From: Verrucomicrobiota bacterium
GTDB taxonomy: Bacteria; Verrucomicrobiota; Verrucomicrobiia; Limisphaerales; UBA11358
Reading direction: 5' to 3'
DNA length: 60,616 bases
Assembly: GCA_021324235.1 (NCBI GenBank)
Contig: JAJPJM010000157.1
Location: 1 to 60,616, forward strand
Part shown: positions 1-10,194 of the stretch, piece after piece
How positions within the stretch are numbered: the stretch's first letter is position 1
Layout of the letters: each line of letters starts with the position of its first letter
The notes under the pieces: generated by a model
Database searches by the model: none
Told to the model about the DNA's origin: nothing
What the model saw: only the letters and a program-made list of their open reading frames with translations
Position numbers and translations under genes: made by a program

Positions 1-2
1 TC

Positions 3-1706
3 ATCACACGCTACGAGGAGGAGCTGCGCCACGGCAAATCGGCGGAAGCCGCAATGACCAAGGCCATGGTCTTCACAGGGCAGGGAATTTTTACCGGCGC
101 CTTGACCACGGCGGGAGCTTTTCTGGCCATGGTCTTCACCCACTTCCGGGGCATCCAGGAAATGGGCCTCATTTGCGGCGGCGGTTTGCTGCTCTGTTTC
201 GTGCCGATGATGACCATGTTGCCGGCTTTGCTGTTGCGCGGCCGTCAAAATGTCATTGACCACCGGACCAGCGAAGACGAAACCCGCGCGCGCATTGAGA
301 ACATCTGGCTGCAGCGTCCCATGTTGGTGACGACGATCACCGTCGCCTTCTGCGTGTTGGCGCTGGTGCTGGCCCGGAAGGTCTATTTCGATTACAATTT
401 GCAGAAATTGCAGAGCATCGGATTGTCGTCGGTCGTCTTTGAGGACAAGCTGTTCGCCGCGGCTGATAAATCCCTGCTGTATGGCGCCGTCGCCGCCGAT
501 TCATTGACCAATGCCATCGACCTGGAGGAAAAACTGAGAAAGTTGCCGACGGTGGCCGATGTGGAACCCCCGGTCAGCCTGCTTGCAGATTTTCTAAACT
601 CCAGCAACGCGGAAAAGCTGAGGTTGATCGGTGCGATCAAGCAGGAGCTGGCACCGTTGAAGTTCGGCACCCCGGACACCAGTCCCGTGGATGTGCAGGC
701 GTTCAGCCGGACGCTCTATTCACTGTACGGCTATCTGGGTGCAGCCCTGGATGCCGTCGGGAACAGCGACCCCGAACTGACGAAACAGTTTATTTCCCTG
801 CGCCAGGCGATCGAAGAACTGCGCAAGACGATGTTGCAAGGCAACCGTCAGGCATTGGCGGAGCACGCGGACAAATTGGCTCAGTTCCAGCAGGCGCTCT
901 TCACCGACATGCGTGCGACGTTCCAGTTGCTGCAAAACCAGGATGATCATACGCGGTTGCATGTGGATGATTTGCCCCCGGCCTTTCGCGATCAATTTGT
1001 GGGCGTGACCGGGAAATTTTTGCTGCAGGTATTTCCCAAAAACGACGTCTGGCAGCGCGAGAATCAGGAAAAATTCATCGCCGACCTGCGGAAGGTGGAT
1101 CCGAATGTGACCGGCACGCCGGTTCAACTGTACGAATTTGAAGAACTGCTCAAGAACAGTTACATCCAGGCGGCCTGGTATTCCCTGGCGGCCATCGCGC
1201 TGTTGGTTTTATTTCACTTCCGAAGCATCGGTTCGGTGGTTCTGGCGCTGTTGCCGGTCGGCATCGGCACGCTTTGGCTGGTGGGGACGATGGGATGGCT
1301 CGGTATTCCGTTCAACCCGGCGAACATCATGACGTTGCCGCTGGTGATCGGGATTGGGGTGACGAACGGGATTCATGTTCTGAATCGTTTTGCGGAAGAG
1401 CGCACTCCGGGCATTCTTGCCCGCAGTACGGGCAAGGCGGTGTTGGTGTCCGGGTTGACGGCCATCGCCGGTTTCGGCAGTTTGATCCTTGCCAAAGATC
1501 GCGGCATCCACAGCCTTGGCTGCATCATGTCCATCGGCATCGCCACTTGTATGATTGCGGGATTAACTTTTTTGCCGGCCTTGCTGAATTTACTGGGTCG
1601 CTGGCGTCCGTTGATAGAAACAAATCAACCCAGTGCCGACAATTCAACGCCGACACTGGGTCAGGAGGAACCGAGGTCAAAAACCTCAAGTGGAAGGCAA
1701 AATTAA
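3..1706 (+). CDS. MMPL/RND-family lipid exporter (HpnN-like), 5'-truncated at window edge
   Basis: Frame is open from base 3 (ITRYEEELRHGKSAEAAM...). RND/MMPL TM motifs GALTTAGAF, LPLVIGIGVTNGIHVLNRF and VSGLTAIAGFGSL flank a large periplasmic loop. Confidence 0.85.
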   Translation: MTRYEEELRHGKSAEAAMTKAMVFTGQGIFTGALTTAGAFLAMVFTHFRGIQEMGLICGGGLLLCFVPMMTMLPALLLRGRQNVIDHRTSEDETRARIENIWLQRPMLVTTITVAFCVLALVLARKVYFDYNLQKLQSIGLSSVVFEDKLFAAADKSLLYGAVAADSLTNAIDLEEKLRKLPTVADVEPPVSLLADFLNSSNAEKLRLIGAIKQELAPLKFGTPDTSPVDVQAFSRTLYSLYGYLGAALDAVGNSDPELTKQFISLRQAIEELRKTMLQGNRQALAEHADKLAQFQQALFTDMRATFQLLQNQDDHTRLHVDDLPPAFRDQFVGVTGKFLLQVFPKNDVWQRENQEKFIADLRKVDPNVTGTPVQLYEFEELLKNSYIQAAWYSLAAIALLVLFHFRSIGSVVLALLPVGIGTLWLVGTMGWLGIPFNPANIMTLPLVIGIGVTNGIHVLNRFAEERTPGILARSTGKAVLVSGLTAIAGFGSLILAKDRGIHSLGCIMSIGIATCMIAGLTFLPALLNLLGRWRPLIETNQPSADNSTPTLGQEEPRSKTSSGRQN

Positions 1707-1806
1707 AGCAATTCGTCTAAATGTCAACATCAATGTTAAAAATAGCTTTAAAATGAATAAAATTTGGAAAATTGAACAACGGATAACGTTAACGTAAAAT
1801 AATTTC

Positions 1807-3279
1807 ATGTTATCCGGTTCTTCAAAGTCTATAAAATTCCTGGCCTGCCTGTGGATTTATTCATGGCTATGGGCCGTGAGCTTTCCCCTCGATGTCTTCG
1901 CTACGGATAATTTTGTTGCTGGGCCGCTCTTTAGTCAATTTACGCTGACCCTCGACACCGGGCGTCGGACCGAAATCATGGGCCCGTTTTTTTACACCCA
2001 AGAGCGGGATTCGGAAAAGACCTGGGCCGTTCCGCCGCTGTTTTCACACGATTCCGACCCTTCCGTTGATTCGGAAGCAGACGATTTACTCTATCCGGTG
2101 CTCACCTACCGGCGTTTTGGGACGGAGTATCGCTGGCAACTCGTCCAGTTGTTGAGTTTTGCCGGCGGGGAAGGCCCGCAGAATCTTCCCCAAAAGCGTT
2201 TTACACTTTTCCCGCTCTACTTCCAGCAACGTTCGCCCATTGAGGGTGAAAACTATACGGCGTTGGTCCCCTTTTACGGCCATCTTCAGAACCGATTGTA
2301 TCGTGATGAAATTTTCTTCTTGATGTTCCCGATTTACAGCCAAACCCGCAAAAAGGACGTGATTACGGACAATTACTTGTTTCCCTTCTTCGATTTGCGG
2401 CATGGTGACGGGATGCACGGCTGGCAATTCTGGCCCCTGGTGGGCATCGAACACAAGGAGGTAACCACCCAGACCAATGGCTTTGGAGAAATTGAAACCA
2501 TCGGCGGTTACGATAAATTTTTCGCGGTCTGGCCGGTTCATTTCAGCCAGGACACCGGCATTGGCACCGCCGACCCGGTGAAATTTCGGGCCGATCTCCC
2601 ATTTTATGCCCGGCTGCGTTCCCCTCAGCGCGATTCGACCTCCGTGCTCTGGCCGTTCTTTACCTGGGTGGACGATCGCGAGGAAAAATATCATGAATGG
2701 GAGGGGCCGTATCCGTTTGTGGTGGTCGCGCGGGGTGCGGGCAAAACGGTTACCCGTTGCTGGCCGCTGTTCAGCCGGGGTCACAATGACACGCTGGAGA
2801 GCGATTATTACCTGTGGCCGCTCTACGTGCACAATCATCTTCACGCGGGCGCCCTGGATGACCAGAGCACGCGCATCCTGTTCTATTTATTTGCGAATGT
2901 GACGGAAAAGAACCTGGATGCCGGAACCGGTCGCCGGCGGGTGGATTTGTGGCCGTTGTTTACTTATCACCGGGATTTCAACGGAGAACAGCGGTTGCAA
3001 ATACTCGCGCCCATTGAGCCCATGCTCCCCAATAACCCGGGTGTGGAACGCAACTGGTCGCCGTTATGGTCATTGTGGCGCTCGGAAAACAATCCTCAAA
3101 CCGGAACTGCCAGCCAGTCGCTGCTTTGGAATTTTTACCGGCATGAGACGGCCCCCGCTGCCAAAAAATCCTCGCTCATTTTCGGTCTTTTTCAGTATCA
3201 ATCCGATGTGGGAGGAAAATCCGTGCGGTTATTCTACATTCCCGTCATCAAAACCAAATCCGCGATCAGCCGCCAATGA
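1807..3279 (+). CDS. Exported Trp/Pro/Phe-rich repeat protein of unknown function
   Basis: 490-aa ORF with a signal-like N-terminus and many [WFLG]-P-[LFV]-[FY] units, located between the MMPL gene and mlaE. Confidence 0.75.
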   Translation: MLSGSSKSIKFLACLWIYSWLWAVSFPLDVFATDNFVAGPLFSQFTLTLDTGRRTEIMGPFFYTQERDSEKTWAVPPLFSHDSDPSVDSEADDLLYPVLTYRRFGTEYRWQLVQLLSFAGGEGPQNLPQKRFTLFPLYFQQRSPIEGENYTALVPFYGHLQNRLYRDEIFFLMFPIYSQTRKKDVITDNYLFPFFDLRHGDGMHGWQFWPLVGIEHKEVTTQTNGFGEIETIGGYDKFFAVWPVHFSQDTGIGTADPVKFRADLPFYARLRSPQRDSTSVLWPFFTWVDDREEKYHEWEGPYPFVVVARGAGKTVTRCWPLFSRGHNDTLESDYYLWPLYVHNHLHAGALDDQSTRILFYLFANVTEKNLDAGTGRRRVDLWPLFTYHRDFNGEQRLQILAPIEPMLPNNPGVERNWSPLWSLWRSENNPQTGTASQSLLWNFYRHETAPAAKKSSLIFGLFQYQSDVGGKSVRLFYIPVIKTKSAISRQ

Positions 3280-3378
3280 AACCGGAACAATACAGAATGT
3301 CGTCAAGCCGGCAGTCAAGGCCATCCGCGACTGGTAATTCTTCCGGCACCGTTCTACCCTCTGCCTTCGTGAAACGTT

Positions 3379-4116
3379 ATGTTTGAAAACATCGGCGAGA
3401 TTATTCTGTTGTTCTGGCGTACGATGCTGGCTCTGCCGCTGGCCTGGCGGCAGCGCCAGAAGGTCTTCGAGCAGTTTTTCGAAATCGGCAATGCCAGCCT
3501 GCTGATGGTCTGTGTGCTGTCGTTTTTCATCGGCGCCGTCATCGCGCTGCAGACCGGCCCGGTGCTGGTGGAGCGCAGTCTTTCCAGCGCCGTGGGCGGC
3601 GTGGTGGGCATCTCCATCGCCAAGGAACTGGCGCCGGTAATGATGGCGATCCTGATCGCCGGCCGCATCGGCTCGGCCATGGCGGCGGAGATCGGTTCCA
3701 TGCGCGTGTACCAGGAAATTGACGCCTTGCGAACCATGAATATCGACCCGATCCACTATCTGGTGTTGCCGCGCCTGGTGGCCATCGCGCTTGGGCTGCC
3801 GATGCTGGTGGTCATTTCCATTCTCGTAGGCTGGTTTGGCGGTGCAGTCGTCGCCGACATGAACAGCCACATGAACATTCCCTTCCAGGTGTTTTTCTCC
3901 GACCTGCGGGACATTGTCCAGCCCAAGGACGTGGCCAACGGCGTGTTCAAGAGTTTTTGTTTCGCGCTGATCATCGGTGCGGTCTCCTGCCACCAGGGTT
4001 TGGCGACCATCGGCGGACCGCGTGGTATCGGGCGTTCGGTGACCAAGGCGGTGGTTAATTCCATCATCCTGATCGTGATTTTCGACTACGTGCTGACCCG
4101 TATTCTTTTGAAATGA
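3379..4116 (+). CDS. mlaE: MlaE-family ABC permease
   Basis: Signature KELAPVMMAILIAGRIGSAMAAEIGSMRVYQEIDALRTM. Confidence 0.95.
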   Translation: MFENIGEIILLFWRTMLALPLAWRQRQKVFEQFFEIGNASLLMVCVLSFFIGAVIALQTGPVLVERSLSSAVGGVVGISIAKELAPVMMAILIAGRIGSAMAAEIGSMRVYQEIDALRTMNIDPIHYLVLPRLVAIALGLPMLVVISILVGWFGGAVVADMNSHMNIPFQVFFSDLRDIVQPKDVANGVFKSFCFALIIGAVSCHQGLATIGGPRGIGRSVTKAVVNSIILIVIFDYVLTRILLK

Positions 4117-4886
4117 TGAACGACGCGACGAACGATCATTCCGGGGTGAGCCTTCAGGTGCGCCAATTGCGAAAAAGCTTCAATGGCGAGGAGGTGCTCC
4201 GGGGCATTGATTTCCAGGTTCAGCCCGGCGAAATTTTTGTCATCATGGGGCCGAGTGGCAGTGGCAAGAGCGTTTTGCTTAAGCACCTCATCGGCCTGGA
4301 GGCGCCGGACGAGGGGGAAATTCTCATCAACGGCGAATCCATCCAATCCTCCGAAGTCGCCGGCAAATACCGGATGGCGCTGGTCTTTCAATCCGGCGCG
4401 TTGCTCAGTTCGCTGACGGTGGGTGAGAACGTCGGCCTTTATCTGAGTGAACATCGCCTCAAGCCGCCCGAGGAAATCGCGCGCATCGTCGCCGAAAAAC
4501 TTGAAGCCGTTGGTCTTAAGGATACCGCCGACAAAATGCCCAACGAACTTTCCGGCGGGATGAAAAAACGCGCTGCCATCGCGCGCGCGCTGGTCATCGA
4601 TCCGCAACTGATTCTTTACGACGAGCCGACCAGCGAACTCGACCCGCTTTCCGCGGCGGTCATCGGGCGGGAAATTGTGAAGCTTAAGCAGCGCATCCAC
4701 GTCACCTCGCTCGTGGTATCACATGACCGTGACCTGGCTTTTGGCATTGCCGACCGCATCGCGGTCATCAACGAAGGCCGCATTCTCACCATCGGTACGC
4801 CGGAGGAGGTGAGACAGTTCAACGACCCGACCCTTCAGAAATTTTTGCACGCAGACTTTCAACACGAATCCCCATCAAGCTTATGA
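4113..4886 (+). CDS. mlaF: MlaF-family ABC ATPase
   Basis: Walker A GPSGSGKS, signature LSGGMKKR, Walker B ILYDEP; overlaps the mlaE stop. Confidence 0.95.
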   Translation: MMNDATNDHSGVSLQVRQLRKSFNGEEVLRGIDFQVQPGEIFVIMGPSGSGKSVLLKHLIGLEAPDEGEILINGESIQSSEVAGKYRMALVFQSGALLSSLTVGENVGLYLSEHRLKPPEEIARIVAEKLEAVGLKDTADKMPNELSGGMKKRAAIARALVIDPQLILYDEPTSELDPLSAAVIGREIVKLKQRIHVTSLVVSHDRDLAFGIADRIAVINEGRILTIGTPEEVRQFNDPTLQKFLHADFQHESPSSL

Positions 4887-5836
4887 AAAATTCACTCGAA
4901 ACCCGTCTTGGCGTTTTTGTCGTCTTTGTGGTCATTGCCGCCGTGGTCGTCGTCGAAACGCTCAACGGCTGGCAATTTTACCAGCACGGCTACCGGGTCA
5001 GCGCCCTGTTTGACGCCGTGCAGGAATTAAAAGTTGGTGACAGCGTAAAAATGGCCGGCGTGGAAGTGGGGCGGGTTGAAAAAATCGCCCTCGAAAACAA
5101 CAAGGTCCGCGTCACGATGAAGCTGAACAGCGGGACCGTGGTGAAGACGGACAGCCAGGCCACCATCCGGTTCACCGGATTGATGGGACAGAATTTTGTC
5201 GCCATTGATTTCGGTTCGCTGGACGCTCCGAAGGCCGTGGATGGCGCCGTGCTCGCCACGATGGAACAACCGGATCTGAATGCCATCATGTCCAAGCTCA
5301 ATGATGCCGCCACCGGTATTCAAAACCTGACCAAAAGTTTCACCGGCGACACCATCAATAATTTGCTGGGTCCCTTGACCGATTTCATCAGGCAAAACAG
5401 CGGCCATCTGGGCGGCTCCATCTCGAACATTGATGCCATTTCCGGTCAGATTGCCAGCGGACAGGGGACCGTTGGCAAACTGATTTATACGGACACGCTT
5501 TACAATTCCGCGCTGGCCACGGTCACCAATTTGCAGGATACCGTGGCTGCGGCGCAGCAGGTCATCAACGGGGTCAACGAGGGCCGGGGCACCCTCGGCA
5601 AACTGGTGACGGACGAGACCCTTTATCATGCCACCACGGCTTCCATGACGAACCTGAATCAAATTCTGCAGAAGATCAATCAAGGGCAGGGTTCGATTGG
5701 GAAACTCGTCAACGACAAGGAATTCTACAACAACGCGAAATTGACCCTGCAGAAGGTGGACAAGGCCGCCGACAGTCTGGAAGACCAGGGACCGTTAAGC
5801 GTTCTTGGCATTGTGGCGAGCAATTTGGGTTTGTAA
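4883..5836 (+). CDS. mlaD: MlaD/MCE-domain protein with long helical extension
   Basis: N-terminal TM, MCE motif LKVGDSVKMAGVEVGRV...GLMGQNFVAI, then three G-x-G-[TS]-x-GKL repeats. Confidence 0.9.
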   Translation: MKNSLETRLGVFVVFVVIAAVVVVETLNGWQFYQHGYRVSALFDAVQELKVGDSVKMAGVEVGRVEKIALENNKVRVTMKLNSGTVVKTDSQATIRFTGLMGQNFVAIDFGSLDAPKAVDGAVLATMEQPDLNAIMSKLNDAATGIQNLTKSFTGDTINNLLGPLTDFIRQNSGHLGGSISNIDAISGQIASGQGTVGKLIYTDTLYNSALATVTNLQDTVAAAQQVINGVNEGRGTLGKLVTDETLYHATTASMTNLNQILQKINQGQGSIGKLVNDKEFYNNAKLTLQKVDKAADSLEDQGPLSVLGIVASNLGL

Positions 5837-5840
5837 GAGA

Positions 5841-5921
5841 ATTTACGATATGTGATTTACGGTTTACGGGCGGCTCCTAATGCTCGGCCGTCGCGTAAAT
5901 CGGACATCGTAAATCGAAAAT
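5841..5921. repeat. Intergenic imperfect palindrome built of ATTTACG/CGTAAAT units (REP-like)
   Basis: ATTTACGAT...ATTTACGGTTTACG faces CGTAAATC...ATCGTAAATC, between convergent mlaD and metF. Confidence 0.6.
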
Positions 5922-5923
5922 GG

Positions 5924-6811
5924 TCAGGCCAGGCCGAGATTTTTCACGACTTGCACGGTCGAGTGCGATTTGTTCAGCGTGTAGAAATGCAGCCCGGGTA
6001 CGCCGGCGCGGAGCAACTCGGCGCACTGGCGGGTCGCGTATTCGATGCCAAACCCGGTGGCCGCCGGGTCATCCTGGCCCAGCCGGTCCAGTTGCGTCCG
6101 CAACGACGGTGGAATCCTGGCGCCGCAAAGTCGCGTGAATTTGGTGATTTGGGTGGCGCTTAAAATCGGGATGATCCCCGGTACGAGCGGAACGTTCACG
6201 CCCAGCTTGCCGGCCACATAATCCCGGAATTCAAAATAATCGGCATTGTCAAAAAACAACTGGGTAAGGACGAAATCCGCGCCCGCCTCCACTTTTTCCT
6301 GCAAGTGCCGCCAGTCGGCATGCTTGCCTTCCTTGCAGGCCATGTGGCCTTCGGGGAAACCGGCAACGCCGACGGAAAAATCGCCGGCTTCCCGGATGAA
6401 TTTGACCAGTTGCGAGGAGAACTCGAAGCCACCGGGTGTGGGCCTGAACTCGCCGCCATCGGGCGGGTCGCCGCGCAAGGCGAGGATGTTTTTACAGCCG
6501 AGGCTGCGGATACGTCCGAGCAGCTCCCCCACTTGTTCGCGCGTGTGATTTACGCAGGTGAGATGTGCCAGTGCCGTCAGGTCGTGCTGACGTTGGATGC
6601 GGTCCACGATCATCAATGTCTTGTCACGTGTGCCGCCGCCCGCACCGTAGGTCACGGAACAGAAATCCGGTTTGGCTTGTAGCAGTGCGGGAATGTGCTT
6701 TTCAAGGAGGGCCGAATCACCTTCGTCCGTCCGGGGCGGGAAGAATTCAAAAGAGATGACCGGCTGCCGGAGCGCCCGTTTTGACGCATAAATGTCGCGG
6801 ATGAATTGCAT
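5924..6811 (-). CDS. metF: 5,10-methylenetetrahydrofolate reductase
   Basis: Motifs SFEFFPP, SVTYGAGG, AHLTC, LALRGD, TQLFFD, HFYTLN. Confidence 0.97.
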   Translation of the reverse strand: MQFIRDIYASKRALRQPVISFEFFPPRTDEGDSALLEKHIPALLQAKPDFCSVTYGAGGGTRDKTLMIVDRIQRQHDLTALAHLTCVNHTREQVGELLGRIRSLGCKNILALRGDPPDGGEFRPTPGGFEFSSQLVKFIREAGDFSVGVAGFPEGHMACKEGKHADWRHLQEKVEAGADFVLTQLFFDNADYFEFRDYVAGKLGVNVPLVPGIIPILSATQITKFTRLCGARIPPSLRTQLDRLGQDDPAATGFGIEYATRQCAELLRAGVPGLHFYTLNKSHSTVQVVKNLGLA

Positions 6812-6900
6812 CTGGCGGAGAATTATGAAGAAGACGCCGGCGAATCCAAGTTTTGTCCTGACTGTTTTTTACGTCTTCGGAGACGGGGGCTGATCGCAGC

Positions 6901-8487
6901 TTATCCGTAACCGAAGGCTTTTACAAACGGTTCGAGTTTTTCCAGATGAGGTTCAAAATACTTCTGGTAATGTCGCCAGCGTCCAATGGCCCCCCTGGAA
7001 ATCGGTTTTTTCACGTCTCCATACGTCGGTGAGCGGACGAGTTTGCGGGTATGTTGTTGAAAGGTTAAAACCCGTTTGTCCCATGGCACGCCGAGGAATT
7101 CCAGGGTGCGCCGCGCGACCGGTTCCAAATTGTTCGTTACCTCCTCATAGCGCACTTCCAGGAAGGGACAGGGCATGTGCGGTTTGAGAGCCTGCCACAA
7201 CCCCATGATGGAGGTGTATTCGGCCGCCGCTGCCTCCAGGCTTGAGTAAGTCGAGCTTGACGGGGTGGTCGGAAACAGGGGTTGCATGAAACAGCTCAGA
7301 CACACGTCGCGCGGGTCGCGGATGGCGATTAAGAATCTGGCTTCGGGAAAAACCCGGATAAAGGCCGGGAGAAGCGAGGTCAGTGATGGGTTCTTATCAA
7401 TCAACAGGCGTGCGCCCACGGCCTGGCCGATGAATCGTTCGATACAGCCAAAATAATCTTCCCGGGCCCGACGCAGCCGTTCCGGGGAAACGGACTCCAA
7501 AATCGGCATGAGGGAGATGGATTCCGGCGACAGGCCGCGAGTGAAGGGAACAAATGCCTCTTCATAGAAAATTTGCGTTTCTTCCGCGGAGACGATTTCC
7601 GGGTGTGAATCCAGTACCTGCTCCAGCAAGGTCGTGCCGGAACGCGGATGGCCGCACAACAACGCCAGCCGTCGTTGCGGAGAAGCGCCGTCAGGTTCGC
7701 GCCAGTGCTGCATGGCGCCGGTCGACAGGAAATCAACCATTTGCTTCATGCCGGCTTCCGCGGTCCGGGAGTTGATGCCGGGCGGTGCGGTCACCGGCAG
7801 TTTCACCGACTTGGCTTCCAGAAACGCCTTCATGGCCTCGTCGTAACGGCCCTGGCGGTCGAGCGTCGAGCCCAGTTCATACCAGCCTTCGGCCCGGACC
7901 CACCCGTTCGCTTCGGGCCGGGTCACAAATGAGCGAAGAATCTTTTCGGCTTCCTCCAGCTGCCCGGCCAGCCGATGCAGGCGCGCCCGGACCAGCAGCA
8001 TCGGCGTAAAATCATGGTTTAACTGTGACGCGCGATCCAACAGTCCGGTGGCGTCGTGGAGACGGCCCTGCCGCAGGTAAATGCGCGCCAGTTCCACCAG
8101 GATTTCATTCGCCTTTTCGTCCCGCTTCAGGGCGCGTTCGAAAAGGCGGGCCGCCATTTCGTACCCGCGGAATGAAAGACAGTAACGGCCTGCTTTCAGG
8201 AAGGATTCGGTTTTCCAACCCTCGACGCGGACGGCCTTTTCGAAATACCGTTCCGCCGCAACGTAATCATAACGCATACCGTGGCAGCGCCCCAGATAGA
8301 GCCAGATATGCGGCTCATTTGGAGCCAGCCGTCCGGCCTGCTCCAGAATTTCAATCGCCTGCTCATAATTATGGCGCGCCCAGGCCGCCTCTGAATTCCT
8401 GATCATTTGCGGCAGCAAATTTTGACGGAGCGACAGCGGTTTGTTCACGGTTGCACTGAAAAATAATGGCCGTCGCGATTTACGCAA
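6901..8487 (-). CDS. TPR-repeat protein with C-terminal PAPS-dependent sulfotransferase domain
   Basis: N-terminal TPR helices; GHPRSGTTLLEQVLDSHP (5'-PSB) and RDPRDVCLS (3'-PB). Start uncertain (8448 GTG or 8406 ATG possible). Confidence 0.9.
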   Translation of the reverse strand: MRKSRRPLFFSATVNKPLSLRQNLLPQMIRNSEAAWARHNYEQAIEILEQAGRLAPNEPHIWLYLGRCHGMRYDYVAAERYFEKAVRVEGWKTESFLKAGRYCLSFRGYEMAARLFERALKRDEKANEILVELARIYLRQGRLHDATGLLDRASQLNHDFTPMLLVRARLHRLAGQLEEAEKILRSFVTRPEANGWVRAEGWYELGSTLDRQGRYDEAMKAFLEAKSVKLPVTAPPGINSRTAEAGMKQMVDFLSTGAMQHWREPDGASPQRRLALLCGHPRSGTTLLEQVLDSHPEIVSAEETQIFYEEAFVPFTRGLSPESISLMPILESVSPERLRRAREDYFGCIERFIGQAVGARLLIDKNPSLTSLLPAFIRVFPEARFLIAIRDPRDVCLSCFMQPLFPTTPSSSTYSSLEAAAAEYTSIMGLWQALKPHMPCPFLEVRYEEVTNNLEPVARRTLEFLGVPWDKRVLTFQQHTRKLVRSPTYGDVKKPISRGAIGRWRHYQKYFEPHLEKLEPFVKAFGYG

Positions 8488-8555
8488 GGGCCTTTATGGA
8501 AACCTCTTCGTCCGGATTTTCAAAACACCAGCGTTGTTAAAGTGCTGACCGACGG

Positions 8556-8591
8556 AATAAAAAACCCCTTCCGGTTTCCCGGAAGGGGTTT
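8556..8591 (-). terminator. Rho-independent terminator of the porin gene
   Basis: 13-bp stem AAACCCCTTCCGG/CCGGAAGGGGTTT, 4-nt loop, T-run on the minus strand. Confidence 0.85.
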
Positions 8592-8608
8592 GAAAGTTCC
8601 AGCTTTAA

Positions 8609-9810
8609 TTAGAACTGGTAGATCAGGTTCAAAGCCAGCAGGAAGTCGTTGCCCCTGAAGGCAGCACCAGTGCTTGAACTAGAACCAAAGGCGTTTCCAT
8701 GTTCAACATGGTCCCAACGGAATTCCACGCGGCTGATGACGTTCGCCCACAGGTTATACTGGGCCGTGGCCGTGAGTTCTTCCGCAGTATTTAGAGGGTA
8801 AACACTCGTGAACGCACCGGCACCGGCGTCCTGGTCATCAAGGTACTCAGCGCGCAGGTCGAAGGACAACTTGTCGGTTGCCTGGAACGTGCTGTAGAGC
8901 GCAATGTTCCAGATGCTGTCGTTGCCGTTGTTGCCGGCAACTTTGCCGTTGTGCTCGTCAAGCCAGTCAAAGCATGCACCGACCTTGAGGGCTGACATCG
9001 GGGTCGGAATGGTGGCACCCGCATAGAAGCTGGTGGAGCCGGGTCCCGAACTGCCATTACCGGCGGCATCAATCACCGCCACGGTCATGGTCGCACCTTT
9101 CATAAAGCCGGCGCTATCCGGCGCCGTAAACTGAATGTCGCCCATGTAGGCCTTTTGAGACTCAATCGAGGAAGTTCCATTAAGGCCAGCCGGCCTCCCG
9201 CCACATTGGAACCGTCAGCGATACCGGCCTGAACAGTGACCATGTCATTGATCTTGTAGGTGGCCAGAATACCCGTGTGAGTGGTTGGCTCAATGGTATA
9301 GCCGTAGGAGCGGGTGTAGTTGGGATTGAGCGGGTCGCTGTTCGACTCGTAGCCAACAATGGTGTCCCAAACGCCGATTTTCCAGTCAATGCCGTTGCCG
9401 ACGGGCGTGCGCAAAGTCAGATAGGCCTGACGAATCTCGTTAAGGCCGATGGCGTTGACATACGAGATACCGACCGGATTATCGGGGCCGAACATCATTT
9501 CCACATGATAACCGGCAGCCCAGGGGCTTTCGTCTTCCGGTTTGTCGATGGCGATATCGACCGCATTCAGGCTGAACCCGTCGTTTTTCGCGAAGGAATA
9601 GCCAGGAAGGTTTGGTCCGACGGTGCCGAAGGGACCAGGTCTTTGATCTGTTCCCGGCCGCCAGGTTGCCGCCGTATCCACGTAACCACTGATGGTGGTG
9701 TTTGAGAGCGCCGTTTGCAGGGGCGTTATTTTCTCGTCTGCGCGAGCGGCCGATGCGAGGCTGACCACCCCGACCGCCGCCAGACCTACTGTCCATTTAT
9801 TAAACTTCAT
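8609..9810 (-). pseudogene. Outer-membrane beta-barrel porin (BBP2/DUF3138-like) split by a 1-bp frameshift near 9190-9197
   Basis: Signal peptide MKFNKWTVGLAAVG after RBS GAGGA; motifs QAYLTLR and GVWDTIVGYE. The second half (...ESQKAYMG...RVEFRWDH...LNLIYQF) is in another frame and ends in the C-terminal Phe. Could be a sequencing error. Confidence 0.8.
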
Positions 9811-10194
9811 CTGGTTCCTCCGATGTTGTTTGTTAATGTTTTTTTGCTTTGTGCCTGTGCACTTCAGGGCAAAAACTGTTTGCCCCGGCACCGCAAGGTG
9901 CGATTAGCGGTGAAAATAGGGAAATTCTGGACATTTGACAACATTTTTTTTGGGGAATTGCATCCATGCAACATTCTGAAAAAGAGTCAGTTACGATTTG
10001 GCCCCGTTTTTTTATCCCATTCTGGTGCACGAATTGGACGAACTTGAGGCACCCAATGGACGCCATTTTCGGGTACAAGTTTGGAATAAAGGATGCTTTG
10101 GTAGGGCCACGGCTAAAGCTGTAAAACACAAGCCGGAAGGCGAACGAAACAACAATACGGGTCGGTCGGTAAAACATTTTAATATCAAACACAT

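Noticed and set aside
9860-9910. Sigma-54 promoter upstream of the porin or pilC
   Set aside because: Candidate GG...GC spacings are 11-12 nt, not the required 10.
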